Shown here one piece after another: positions 8,247 to 17,677 of a stretch of 64,000 bases of DNA (the first letter of the stretch is position 1; each line of letters begins with the position of its first letter). Position numbers and translations under genes: made by a program. Below the pieces are notes generated by a model. The model was not told the DNA's origin. It saw only the letters and a program-made list of their open reading frames with translations, and made no database searches. Source of the stretch: Chlamydiota bacterium (GTDB lineage: Bacteria > Chlamydiota > Chlamydiia > Chlamydiales > Parachlamydiaceae); contig JABDCX010000001.1 of the NCBI GenBank assembly GCA_013287915.1, positions 8,876 to 72,875 on the forward strand, read 5' to 3'.

Positions 8247-10715
8247 TCAGTTCGTAAAACCAATTGCCGAAGAGGGAATATAGCCCGTCTCCCCTTTTGG
8301 GGTGTACACCTGCAACCATTGCCCGTGATCGACAAGAGCGATCAGTTCGAGCGTAGAACCGGAAGGTATCGGTTGCTCGCTGATGCGAGGATAGCTCGAA
8401 GAGGGGCCGGCACGCAAGTCGCTTGAGACCAAAACAGTCCCTTGTAAAGGTGCAAAGTAATGCATGTAGATGAGGGGAATGGAAACGATCAAACAGGCAA
8501 TCCCGCTCCATTTGAACAGGAAAGGAAGAGAAGAGCGATTGGTCCAAATCGCAACGGATGACACAAGAATAGCACCTAAAACGACAAAGGCAAACAATTG
8601 ATACCACTGAGGCGGTGTGGGAAGAAAGCGGCCCCATTTGCTCTCAGGGGCCCCTTCTAAAAACAACGCCTCTTCCATCTTTTCGATGTTCCCGGCGAGA
8701 TGTGGATCGCGTGGATTTAAACTCACAGCCCAACGTGCATGCCACAACGCTTCGGGAAATCTCCCTAAGTGAGCATAAATCGTGGAAATCACTTCTGACA
8801 GGCGCCCCGTTCCCATCCGCGGGCGGTGTTCATACGATAAAATCTGATACTGATGCAGCGCATCCAACAGTGCCGTTTGGCGCGGATAAATTTCAACGGC
8901 CTCCAAAGCTTGATGGTACGTCTCTGCCGCAAGCTGTAGACGTGGATCTTGCCGATGGGCCGATGAACCCCATAACACCCAGGCAAAAAGGATCGCAAAG
9001 AGAAAACACGGTCCATATAAGAACAGGGGAGGATCCTTTACCTCCTGGCGAGGGGTGACAATTTGGGCAAAAAGAGCTTCGACACCTTTTTCCACCTGTT
9101 CTGCGGAAGGGGTCTCTTTTCCGGAAAACCGCAATTCGTCGGTATGTGCAATCCAGTCGGCAACGCGGCGCGCCACCCCTTCCTGAGGCCATTGCGCGAT
9201 CGGTGTTTCAAGCGCAGGGATGCAGTTGACCTCAACCAAGCGTTGTTTCAACGAGAGGGTCAATGAGTGGTAATAGCCAGATGAGCCAGGCGATTCCTTT
9301 TTAGCCGCTTCGAGCAATGCCTCGCTCGATTGATTCAACAACTCTTGCGTCTGTTTCAGATGGCGCGACAAATAGTACTGGTAGATCACAAAAGCTAAAC
9401 CCAAGGGGAGCAGCAACAACACCCAATGGGAGCCCAGTGGCAACTCAAATAAATCCGCTTTAGAAAGAGGACTAGGCTCCTGAAGCGGCAAAGGGGCAAG
9501 GTTCGGTCCCTTCTGGTCAGCAGACACGACTCCTAACTTGGATGTGTGACTCTCTATTACGCCATGGACGACAATCGGAATCGTCTGGCTTTCCAACTGC
9601 AGATATGTCTCCGTCAACGGACTAAAGTAGGCAAAGGTCACAGGCGGAATCTCTGTAATTGCCGAAGAAAGCGGCTTGATGAGAATTGTCGCTTTTTTGG
9701 TGTTTCCCTGCACGGTCTCTACGGGGGGCAAGTCACTCACTTTAAACGCCCCGACAAAACCAGGCTGGCAACACATCTCAGGCAGAGGCACCACTTCGAC
9801 ATTGCGATCCGCTCGTATTTTCAAGATCAAGGAAATATCCTCGCCCACATTGACGCTCTTGTCTCCCTTTAACTCTGCTGTAAACGCAAACTCTCCTACA
9901 GCGCCATTAAATGCGGGTGGTCTCTCCTTGTCTGGAAAGGGAAGCACGGTCAAGATCACAGGAGGTGCTTCAGAACGGAGCAGCTCTGATCTTTCAATGA
10001 TATTTCCCTCTGCATCTGCTCGATACGCATACCCCTCTACAAGAGAAGGTCCATACGTGTATGTGCCGGGCGTTGAAGCTTCGACGACTTGTGAAATCTC
10101 ACGCGCCATGACCCCGCCCTCTTGAAGGTCGCGTACCTCTTTTTCTCCAATTTTCACTACCCCTTCCGCAGTGAGCAGGGGCAACTGCTCGACTGTTAGA
10201 GCCACGCTGGCATTGAAAAAATAGCGGTACACAAATCGGGTCTTTTGAGAGGGATAAAGAGAGGAAGGGCCATCAATCGAAGCTTCGAGCCGCAAAAAGG
10301 GGTGTTCGAGTGGGGAAGTAGAAGCCCCAGCAGCCCCTTGAGGGGAAGCTGAAGCTGCCACTTCATACGTGGAAGGAGTGGAAGTCACTGTCTGGCCCGC
10401 AACAACAACCGTAATAGCGGGAAGCTCATAAACCCCCGCTTTTTTTCCTTCCAAATGGAAGCGGTATAGCGTTAAAATTGCAGGACTTGATGCAGAGAAC
10501 TTCACATCTTTGATTTTTTCGACCTGCAACGGCTCCTTGCCGATGAGAAATGAATTGTCATCGATCTTTTCGCTTTGATTATGAGAAATCGAAATGAGGC
10601 CCCTGATGGGGGCCTCTGGATACAATTGCGTACCATCGACCGCGGCTGATATGTCGCTAGCAGAAAGAGGGCAGCTGATGCACAACGCAATTCCTATAAG
10701 CCAACGGATCACCAT
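8247..10715 (-). CDS. batD: BatD-like oxygen-tolerance protein fused to a TPR + transmembrane + bacterial SH3 (BatE-like) C-terminal half
   Basis: A signal peptide (MVIRWLIGIALCISCPLSA) is followed by a BatD-like N-terminal half and central TM segments. TPR-like helices follow (ETYHQALEAVE..., AHLGRFPEALWHARWAVSLNP). The C-terminal SH3b-like end is QWLQVYTPKGETGYIPSSAI. The ATG overlaps the upstream stop (ATGGTGA). Confidence 0.7.
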   Translation of the reverse strand: MVIRWLIGIALCISCPLSASDISAAVDGTQLYPEAPIRGLISISHNQSEKIDDNSFLIGKEPLQVEKIKDVKFSASSPAILTLYRFHLEGKKAGVYELPAITVVVAGQTVTSTPSTYEVAASASPQGAAGASTSPLEHPFLRLEASIDGPSSLYPSQKTRFVYRYFFNASVALTVEQLPLLTAEGVVKIGEKEVRDLQEGGVMAREISQVVEASTPGTYTYGPSLVEGYAYRADAEGNIIERSELLRSEAPPVILTVLPFPDKERPPAFNGAVGEFAFTAELKGDKSVNVGEDISLILKIRADRNVEVVPLPEMCCQPGFVGAFKVSDLPPVETVQGNTKKATILIKPLSSAITEIPPVTFAYFSPLTETYLQLESQTIPIVVHGVIESHTSKLGVVSADQKGPNLAPLPLQEPSPLSKADLFELPLGSHWVLLLLPLGLAFVIYQYYLSRHLKQTQELLNQSSEALLEAAKKESPGSSGYYHSLTLSLKQRLVEVNCIPALETPIAQWPQEGVARRVADWIAHTDELRFSGKETPSAEQVEKGVEALFAQIVTPRQEVKDPPLFLYGPCFLFAILFAWVLWGSSAHRQDPRLQLAAETYHQALEAVEIYPRQTALLDALHQYQILSYEHRPRMGTGRLSEVISTIYAHLGRFPEALWHARWAVSLNPRDPHLAGNIEKMEEALFLEGAPESKWGRFLPTPPQWYQLFAFVVLGAILVSSVAIWTNRSSLPFLFKWSGIACLIVSIPLIYMHYFAPLQGTVLVSSDLRAGPSSSYPRISEQPIPSGSTLELIALVDHGQWLQVYTPKGETGYIPSSAIGFTN

Positions 10716-12991
10716 GGTTGATCCACCTTTTTGACATTGACCCCTTCGAGCAAATGGGGAGCACTTTTATCGTCCTGCTCCATCGATTGCAACTGCTCCA
10801 TCAGTTTTGTGGTCGATATGTGTGACTCTTTCATTTCGGCTGGCTTTTCAATCTCTTTCATCCTCTTCAATAAAATCAAAGCACTGAACCAACTTTCCTG
10901 CGCAAGATTGCTCCACCGTACAGCCTGCACCCATTTCTTTTCTTCTGCAGAATCCCACGCCGCTTGCGCCTCTTGAGCAGACAAATACCCTTCATTGAAC
11001 AACCGAAAAACCTCTTTCCATGCAGCCTCTGTACTTGATAAAACGTGGCGCTGCCATTGTTCCATTTGATCGCGTCGCATAGCTCCAAGAAGAACAGGAG
11101 CTGCCTTCCACACAGATTCCTGAGACTGTTTCACCTGAGACACAAACTCTGTAGTTGCTTTTTTCGGATCTGATAGAAGAAAGCGCCCCACTTTAAGGAG
11201 TTGTTGCTCGCTCCGAATCAAATTGACCAAGACTTGCTTCGTCGTTACGGAATTAACATCGAGCTGCAACGCATGCGCCTCTTTTTGGATGGCACCGAGC
11301 AGCTGCACCGCGCTCTCCTCCGTCATCGGTTCTTCTCCCAACGCTGCTTTTGCGCTGCCCTCTTCTGCAAGATCGGATAAAAATGCCATGGCAGGTTCCA
11401 TATCGCACTCCTTTCCCCCCAAAGCGATGTTGCGCTCACACTCTGCCTTCAGTGCCACGCCGATTGCGCTAAACACTTGCTCCCAGACGCTCGTTTTCAA
11501 CACATTGATTGTCTCTGAATCGTCCTGAAATAGGCGATCAAAAAGAGAGGCCCGCATATAAAGCCCCAAAGCGCGGTTAAAGGCAATGCGCATGGCAAGT
11601 TCAGGAAACGGCGGAGATACTGACAGCTCTTGATACACCTCAAGCGCTTCATTCACCTTGCCCGACAAAAGAAAGGTCGTTGCACGATTATATTCGAGAG
11701 CGGCTTGCTGCCACCCCGGAGGTACCCCTCCCACAAGCGACTCGTAAAGACCAAGCGCCCTTTCGAATTCTTCGGCCTCCACAAACACTTCCGCTTCGCG
11801 CGCCTGTTGGTCTAAATTTTGAGCAAAAAGGGAAGAAGCAGATAGCATAAAGAGGAGGAGAGGTAATATGCGGACAACCAAATTCCCCAAACCATTCTCC
11901 GCGCGTTGCATGAGGGTATCGGGCAGGCACAAAAAGAGGGCCAAAGCCAGCAGAGCGACTGCTAAGGGATATTGAAAATAGTCATCATAAACAAAAGCTC
12001 CTTGGGCTTCGCGCGCCGCGAGATTACCTTCAGGGGCCTGCAGCGTCGTGCGCGCTTCGATCTCTTGCTTTACCCGTTGAGCCACCCACAAAATCGAGTG
12101 AAGATCTGCATTGTAATAACTGTCGGGGGAAGCAATCCGTTCCAACGCCTCGGGTACCTGGGCGGATTCAACTGGTTCCCCATGGTACTTGATGTCAGGA
12201 ACTTTCCCCCCTTTTTCCGAACCGACTCCTAACGCAATGACATGGATCCCTTGCTCCTTTAAATGAGCTGCAACGGCTCTCACCGCTTCTAACTGCTTGC
12301 TCCGCCCGCTTCCATTAACGAAATGGTTATCTCCATCGCTCACCAATACGAGGGTTTTCGCGACGGAATTGGGCGTTTTATTAAAGGTGGAAGAGGCGCT
12401 GCTCAAGGCTTGAATGAGATCCGTCCCCTCCGTATTTCCTTCGTTGATGTTTAAGTTGTGCAGCATCAGCCGGGTAAATAAATAGTCGGTCGTCAGGGGA
12501 ACGATCGACAAAACTTGTGTTGTGAAAGCTGTCAAAGCGACATTTTCGCCTCGCAGCTGACTCACCACAGAATCGACCAACTCCTTAGCAATACCGAGCC
12601 GCTGCGTCCGCGCAACGCCATTATCTGCGACACCCATGGAAGCCGAAACATCGACAAGAAAGAGGATATCGTGGCGCCGACGCATTTGGCCTGAGGCCAA
12701 TTGTTTTTCCTCCTCTGCAGTGAGAGGAATAGGTGCTTGCGGATTGCCTCGGGGTCGCATCATGGCCCCAATGCCAAAAGTCAAGGCCGCCGCAAGCAAT
12801 CCCACTTTGATCCAAAAAAGCCATTTCGATCTCTGGACGACGATAATCGAAAGGACATGCTCATCTCCAAAAGACTCCAGACAACGCCTGCGATAACGCT
12901 CTAACAAGGCATAGGCACACAACAAAATGGGAACGAACAACAATAAAAATGCACTCTCTCCCCACACAAAGTCGATGCTCCGCCAAATCAC
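10709..12991 (-). CDS. batB: VWA-domain protein BatB-like fused to a TPR (BatC-like) and coiled C-terminal region
   Basis: Contains the MIDAS motif DILFLVDVSASM, VLVSDGDNH, and TPR-like helices (ALGLYESLVGG..., ALEVYQELS). The ORF track extends to 13075. I prefer the GTG at 12991 because it overlaps the batA stop (GTGA) and gives the usual short N-terminus before the first TM helix. Confidence 0.75.
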   Translation of the reverse strand: MIWRSIDFVWGESAFLLLFVPILLCAYALLERYRRRCLESFGDEHVLSIIVVQRSKWLFWIKVGLLAAALTFGIGAMMRPRGNPQAPIPLTAEEEKQLASGQMRRRHDILFLVDVSASMGVADNGVARTQRLGIAKELVDSVVSQLRGENVALTAFTTQVLSIVPLTTDYLFTRLMLHNLNINEGNTEGTDLIQALSSASSTFNKTPNSVAKTLVLVSDGDNHFVNGSGRSKQLEAVRAVAAHLKEQGIHVIALGVGSEKGGKVPDIKYHGEPVESAQVPEALERIASPDSYYNADLHSILWVAQRVKQEIEARTTLQAPEGNLAAREAQGAFVYDDYFQYPLAVALLALALFLCLPDTLMQRAENGLGNLVVRILPLLLFMLSASSLFAQNLDQQAREAEVFVEAEEFERALGLYESLVGGVPPGWQQAALEYNRATTFLLSGKVNEALEVYQELSVSPPFPELAMRIAFNRALGLYMRASLFDRLFQDDSETINVLKTSVWEQVFSAIGVALKAECERNIALGGKECDMEPAMAFLSDLAEEGSAKAALGEEPMTEESAVQLLGAIQKEAHALQLDVNSVTTKQVLVNLIRSEQQLLKVGRFLLSDPKKATTEFVSQVKQSQESVWKAAPVLLGAMRRDQMEQWQRHVLSSTEAAWKEVFRLFNEGYLSAQEAQAAWDSAEEKKWVQAVRWSNLAQESWFSALILLKRMKEIEKPAEMKESHISTTKLMEQLQSMEQDDKSAPHLLEGVNVKKVDQPW

Positions 12992-14106
12992 GGCACCCTC
13001 CGAAACACAAGCGTGTCGAAAAGGAAGGCCAAAATCAAACAATAAACACCCAAAGCAACGCACAGGGGGTACCAAGAAAACGCACGATGCGGCAAAGGCA
13101 ATGCCCGGGCGCGCTCATCCTCGATTTTTCCTTTTTCCAACCGAGCGATCGATTGATACACGGTCGAAAGAGGCGTATCTCCATCGACGACGATAAACTG
13201 CCCTCCTGTCGATTCCGCAGCACGCTGCATGACATGGCGGTGGGGAATAAACTCATCGCTCACGATTTGAGGATCCACATTAATAATATAGATGTGGATT
13301 CCCTGCTCTTTTGCATAGGCAGCCGCCTCGGGAATATCCATATTTCTCAGCCGCTTTCCCTTGTCCAAAGGACTTGGAGACTGCAACCCATCCGTCACGA
13401 CGATGATGGCGCTTCCCTCAATTTGATAAGGAGCTTGCCCCCTTGTTTCGAGCTCTTGCGCATAGTGGCGGGTCGCTGCAATCATACTCGCTGTTTTGTA
13501 AATCGCATATCCAATCGCCGTCCCATCATTTTCATCGCCTTGCATCGGTTTGATCGCTGCAATATCTTCCAACACTTTTTGATGGTCGAGCGTCAAAGGG
13601 GTCAACACACGTGCGGCGCGTGCAAAGGATACGACACCCACCAAATCGCCGTTCAATCCCTCCGTGTGGTGAGCAGGATCCCCAGCAATAAAACGGCTTG
13701 TCACCAATTTGAGCAGATCGATTTTTGCCATCCGCCCACTGGCATTGACATCGTAAGGGACGGGAATTTCTTCCCGCATCGACCCCGATTGATCTAAAGC
13801 AAAGAAGAGTGCGACACCGCGCTTGGGAAGAAAATCACCACCACTCCCCTCTAAGGGGGACCACCTCACCGTATGAGGATCGATAAAGGCAATGAGAAAA
13901 AAAGAAAAAGCGGCAATGAATAGCCAGCGAGGGAGATTCTGGAAGTAGACGCGCCTCGACTCCGTTGAAAACGCCTGCATTGCAGAGAGCCTCATTTTCG
14001 GCAAGGCACGCAGCTTCCCCCACCGCCGCACAAGCCAAAAAAGGGGCAAACAGCAGAGCAGGAAAATGATCGCTTTAACATCGATGGTGAAGGCCCATTT
14101 TTCCAT
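12988..14106 (-). CDS. batA: VWA-domain membrane protein BatA-like
   Basis: N-terminal TM helices are followed by the MIDAS motif ALFFALDQSGSM and VVTDGLQ, a typical BatA layout. Confidence 0.8.
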   Translation of the reverse strand: MEKWAFTIDVKAIIFLLCCLPLFWLVRRWGKLRALPKMRLSAMQAFSTESRRVYFQNLPRWLFIAAFSFFLIAFIDPHTVRWSPLEGSGGDFLPKRGVALFFALDQSGSMREEIPVPYDVNASGRMAKIDLLKLVTSRFIAGDPAHHTEGLNGDLVGVVSFARAARVLTPLTLDHQKVLEDIAAIKPMQGDENDGTAIGYAIYKTASMIAATRHYAQELETRGQAPYQIEGSAIIVVTDGLQSPSPLDKGKRLRNMDIPEAAAYAKEQGIHIYIINVDPQIVSDEFIPHRHVMQRAAESTGGQFIVVDGDTPLSTVYQSIARLEKGKIEDERARALPLPHRAFSWYPLCVALGVYCLILAFLFDTLVFRRVP

Positions 14107-14249
14107 ATCCTCTCCTAGTGGCGCATACTACAATATTCTTTGTTTAGCTCCAACTGTTGCAAAGGATGATCTCGTTCACGAAAAGAGGGGGCATTGTTTT
14201 TGTCCTCATAAAAGTGGAGATCCTTTATGATGGACGCAGGGGAATCAGT

Positions 14250-15305
14250 ATGATCAAGGCAACATGGCCGCGGGAAACGCCGCGCAATATTCTCGTCAGA
14301 ATGCCCAATTGGCTAGGCGATCTCGTCATGGCGACGCCTGTGCTCCACGATTTGCGCAAACATTATCCGGGAGCGGCAATCACAGCGATGTGCCAATCGA
14401 ATGTCGCCGGTATGCTCAAATGCGACCCCAACGTCAACGAAGTCTACAGCTACACAAAACCAAGCGGCTGGATCCGCCGCAGCAATCCCCCTGAAATTAT
14501 TGAAAACCTCAAAAGAGGGCAATACGACCTGGGGCTGCTGTTGACCAACTCCTTCTCCTCTGCTTGGTGGTTTTGGCGCGGCGACATCGCTCATACGATC
14601 GGATTTAACACCAACCTGCGCGGACTCCTCCTCGACCGTCCAGTTCCGCTCCCTCTCCACGTGAGAACCCAACACCTAGTCCTCACCTACAAAGCGCTCT
14701 TAGAGCCGTTGGGAATTCGACAATCGACGACAGCTCCTCAATTGTACGTATCCCCCTCTGAAACATTGGAAGCAAAAAAAAGACTGGCAAACGATGGGAT
14801 CGCTATCGAACGGGATAATATCATCGGCATCAACCCAGGAGCGGCCTTTGGTTCGGCTAAATGTTGGCTGCCCGATCGTTTTCGCAGCGTGACAGAGCAC
14901 TTGTTGAAAGATCCACGCAACGTCATTCTCTATTTTGGCGATCCTGCAGGGACTCCTCTCGTCAATGAAATCTGCCGTGGCCTTGGCCCCCGCGTCATCA
15001 ACCTCGCTGGGAAAACATCGCTGCGCGAACTCTTAGCAATGATTCAACTTTGCCACGTGCTGTTAACCAACGACAGCGGCCCGATGCACATCGGTTCGGC
15101 CCTTGGCACTCCGCTAGTCGCTCTTTTCGGATCAACTAATGATATCCGCACGGGCCCATACAATGGAGGGGTCATCATCCATAAACATGTCGCTTGCTCC
15201 CCTTGCTATTACCGCACCTGCCCCATCGATTTTCGCTGCATGAAACGGATCGAGGTAGATGAAGTATACAACGCCATCGTCAAACAACTCGCGCTTCGCA
15301 AATGA
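14250..15305 (+). CDS. Glycosyltransferase family 9 (LPS heptosyltransferase-like, RfaF/WaaF type)
   Basis: N-terminus ILVRMPNWLGDLVMATPVLHDLRKHYP, then GINPGAAFGSAKCWLPDRF and LLTNDSGPMHIGSALGTPLVALFG, are hallmark GT9 motifs. The ORF track starts at a TTG (14157). The ATG at 14250 has a GGGGA spacer upstream and fits family length. Confidence 0.8.
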   Translation: MIKATWPRETPRNILVRMPNWLGDLVMATPVLHDLRKHYPGAAITAMCQSNVAGMLKCDPNVNEVYSYTKPSGWIRRSNPPEIIENLKRGQYDLGLLLTNSFSSAWWFWRGDIAHTIGFNTNLRGLLLDRPVPLPLHVRTQHLVLTYKALLEPLGIRQSTTAPQLYVSPSETLEAKKRLANDGIAIERDNIIGINPGAAFGSAKCWLPDRFRSVTEHLLKDPRNVILYFGDPAGTPLVNEICRGLGPRVINLAGKTSLRELLAMIQLCHVLLTNDSGPMHIGSALGTPLVALFGSTNDIRTGPYNGGVIIHKHVACSPCYYRTCPIDFRCMKRIEVDEVYNAIVKQLALRK

Positions 15306-16651
15306 ATGCTCTGTTTTCACAGTTAAACACCGAAATGCGCACCTATATCGAGCAGCTCCCCAAGCAGGCGCAGCACCATTTAGCCAGGCAACTTGCCTCG
15401 CTCGATCGCGCCACTCTTCAGCAGCAACAAGAGCTGCTTAAAGCCCACACACACACTGCCAGAAAGGTAAAACCGTTCGAGTCTTACATGCGGAGTGGCA
15501 ACATCTCCCATCAAAATAGAGGAAAAGAGGCGTTAGCGCGTGGAGAAGTGGGATGCTTAATCCTTGCTGGGGGAGATGGCACTCGCCTTGGCTATGCAGG
15601 TCCTAAGGGCACATTTCCCATCTCCTGTGTCAAACACAAAAGCCTCTTTCAACTCTTTGCAGAGAAAGCTGGAGCAGTGGGCAACCATTTCCGACGTGCT
15701 CCGCCTTTAGCCATCATGACCTCTCCTGCCAACCACAAAGCAACACTCCAATTTTTTGAAGAACACGCCCATTTCGGACTCCCTCCCGATCAACTCTCTT
15801 TTTTTTCGCAAGGCGTTCTCCCTTTTCTCGACACAGATGGCCATCTGTTTTTATCGGCTCCGGACACCCTTGCCCAAGGCCCCGATGGAAACGGGAGCGC
15901 TCTTCAGGCTTTTTATCAATCGGGCCTCTGGAGTCAATGGGAGAGGCAAGGGATCAAGTATCTCACGTTGCTCTTGGTCGACAATCCCTTAGCCGATCCC
16001 TTTGATGCCGAACTGATCGGTTGTTGCCAGGCAGAACACGCCGATGCGATCATCAAAAGCACGTTCCGCCTCGATGAGCAGGAGCGAGTCGGAGTCGTTG
16101 CCCTTGAAAAAGACCTCCCCATCATCGTGGAGTATACAGAGATGCCTCCAGAAGAATATCAAAAGAGAAATTCACGCGGCGACTTGAGCTATGCATGCGC
16201 TAATATTGGCCTCTTTTGCCTAACGATGGAATTTGTCAAGCGCGTGGTGCTCTCTCAGACGCCTTTTCCCCTCCACAAAGCATTCAAGACAACCCCCATG
16301 CTCAATCAAATGGGGAAAATCGTCCTGCCAACTGAACCCAATGCGTGGAAATTTGAACGCTTCATCTTCGACATGCTTCCCTTGTCGAAGAAAACGCACG
16401 TGATCGTTTATCCGCGCGACACCTGCTTTGCCCCTCTCAAAAATAAAGAGGGCCGCGATAGCCCTACAACGGTGCGCGCCGCATTAGAAAAACGGGAAAA
16501 AGAGATTCTCAAGACCACCTTTCATGTGGAATACGCCGACTCTCCCCTCGAAATCGACCAAGCGTTCTACTATCCGACGGAAGCGATGCGCGATCCTTCC
16601 CAAACACAACTCATTAATGAAAATGGCTACATTTCAAACACTGTGCTATAA
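15302..16651 (+). CDS. Eukaryote-type UDP-sugar pyrophosphorylase (UDPGP family; UDP-N-acetylglucosamine/UTP-hexose-1-phosphate uridylyltransferase-like)
   Basis: LILAGGDGTRLGYAGPKGTFPI corresponds to the UAP1/UDPGP signature LAGGQGTRLG...PKG. The start overlaps the stop of the GT9 gene (ATGA). Confidence 0.8.
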   Translation: MNALFSQLNTEMRTYIEQLPKQAQHHLARQLASLDRATLQQQQELLKAHTHTARKVKPFESYMRSGNISHQNRGKEALARGEVGCLILAGGDGTRLGYAGPKGTFPISCVKHKSLFQLFAEKAGAVGNHFRRAPPLAIMTSPANHKATLQFFEEHAHFGLPPDQLSFFSQGVLPFLDTDGHLFLSAPDTLAQGPDGNGSALQAFYQSGLWSQWERQGIKYLTLLLVDNPLADPFDAELIGCCQAEHADAIIKSTFRLDEQERVGVVALEKDLPIIVEYTEMPPEEYQKRNSRGDLSYACANIGLFCLTMEFVKRVVLSQTPFPLHKAFKTTPMLNQMGKIVLPTEPNAWKFERFIFDMLPLSKKTHVIVYPRDTCFAPLKNKEGRDSPTTVRAALEKREKEILKTTFHVEYADSPLEIDQAFYYPTEAMRDPSQTQLINENGYISNTVL

Positions 16652-16661
16652 TTAAGGTCCT

Positions 16662-17672
16662 ATGACACAGACAAAAAAAATCGCCTACCTGGGAGCTGGG
16701 GCGTGGGGATTTTGCCTTGCAACCCTACTGGCTACCAAAGGATATAACGTCGTTAGTTGGGCGAACAATCCCGTTTTAGTCGAAACGCTCAATCGCGGAG
16801 AAGAACACCCCCATATGCGCGGACACCGCGCCAAAAGCAACATGCATTTTACAACTGACATGGCAGAAGCGATCCGAAATGCAGACCTGATCGTCGAAGC
16901 TGTTACCGCTTCTGGGATTCGACCCGTTTTCACAACACTGGCCTCACACAAACTCCCCCATTGCCCAATCGTCCTCACTTCAAAGGGGATCGAGCAAAAT
17001 AGCGAACTCATTTTGCCTGAAATTGTGACTGAGGTACTCGGCGATCATGTAAAAGAACAGATTGGGTGCTTAAGCGGACCTAGCTACGCCAGCGAAGTGA
17101 TTCAAGGATTGCCCACTTCCGTCGTTGCCAGTGGTTATTCGCCCAAAACAACCGAATTGATCGTACAAACTTTTACGACTCCTACCTTTCGCGTCTATCC
17201 CAATCAAGATATCCTGGGCGTTTGCTTCGGAGGAGCGCTGAAGAATGTGATCGCCATTGCCTGTGGCATTTCGGAGGGACTCGGCCTTGGCTACAGCTCA
17301 AAAGCCGCTCTCATGACGCGTGGACTGCACGAAATTCGAAAACTCGCCATCGCAGCCGGCTGTCGTGCCGACACCATCAACGGCCTTTCCGGGATGGGAG
17401 ACGTGTGTCTCACCTGCGGATCACTCATCAGCCGCAATTGTCGATTCGGTTATCTCCTTGCACAAGGCAAAACACCCCAAGAAGCCGAAAAAGAGATCGA
17501 AATGGTCGTCGAGGGGGTTTACACCGCCATCTCTGCTTTACAACTCAGCAAGAAATTTCATGTTGCCATGCCAATCACAGAAATTGTATACAAAATTGTT
17601 TATGAGGAACTTAAACCAACCAATGCCGTCAAGGCATTGATGCAGCGCTTGATTAAAGAAGAACACTTGTGA
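16662..17672 (+). CDS. gpsA: NAD(P)H-dependent glycerol-3-phosphate dehydrogenase
   Basis: Rossmann N-terminus IAYLGAGAWGFCLATLLA, GALKNVIAIACGI, and family-typical length. Confidence 0.9.
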   Translation: MTQTKKIAYLGAGAWGFCLATLLATKGYNVVSWANNPVLVETLNRGEEHPHMRGHRAKSNMHFTTDMAEAIRNADLIVEAVTASGIRPVFTTLASHKLPHCPIVLTSKGIEQNSELILPEIVTEVLGDHVKEQIGCLSGPSYASEVIQGLPTSVVASGYSPKTTELIVQTFTTPTFRVYPNQDILGVCFGGALKNVIAIACGISEGLGLGYSSKAALMTRGLHEIRKLAIAAGCRADTINGLSGMGDVCLTCGSLISRNCRFGYLLAQGKTPQEAEKEIEMVVEGVYTAISALQLSKKFHVAMPITEIVYKIVYEELKPTNAVKALMQRLIKEEHL

Positions 17673-17677
17673 CACAC

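Noticed and set aside
8236-9235. Multiple 60-150-aa ORFs overlapping the 3' half of the batD-like gene on both strands
   Set aside because: They are all nested within a long, motif-supported ORF. Their translations are Arg/Pro/Cys-rich and lack signals or motifs.
12949-13797. 282-aa plus-strand ORF opposite batA
   Set aside because: It is antisense to a gene with clear VWA/MIDAS motifs. The translation is Arg/His/Cys-rich with no recognisable domain and no Shine-Dalgarno.
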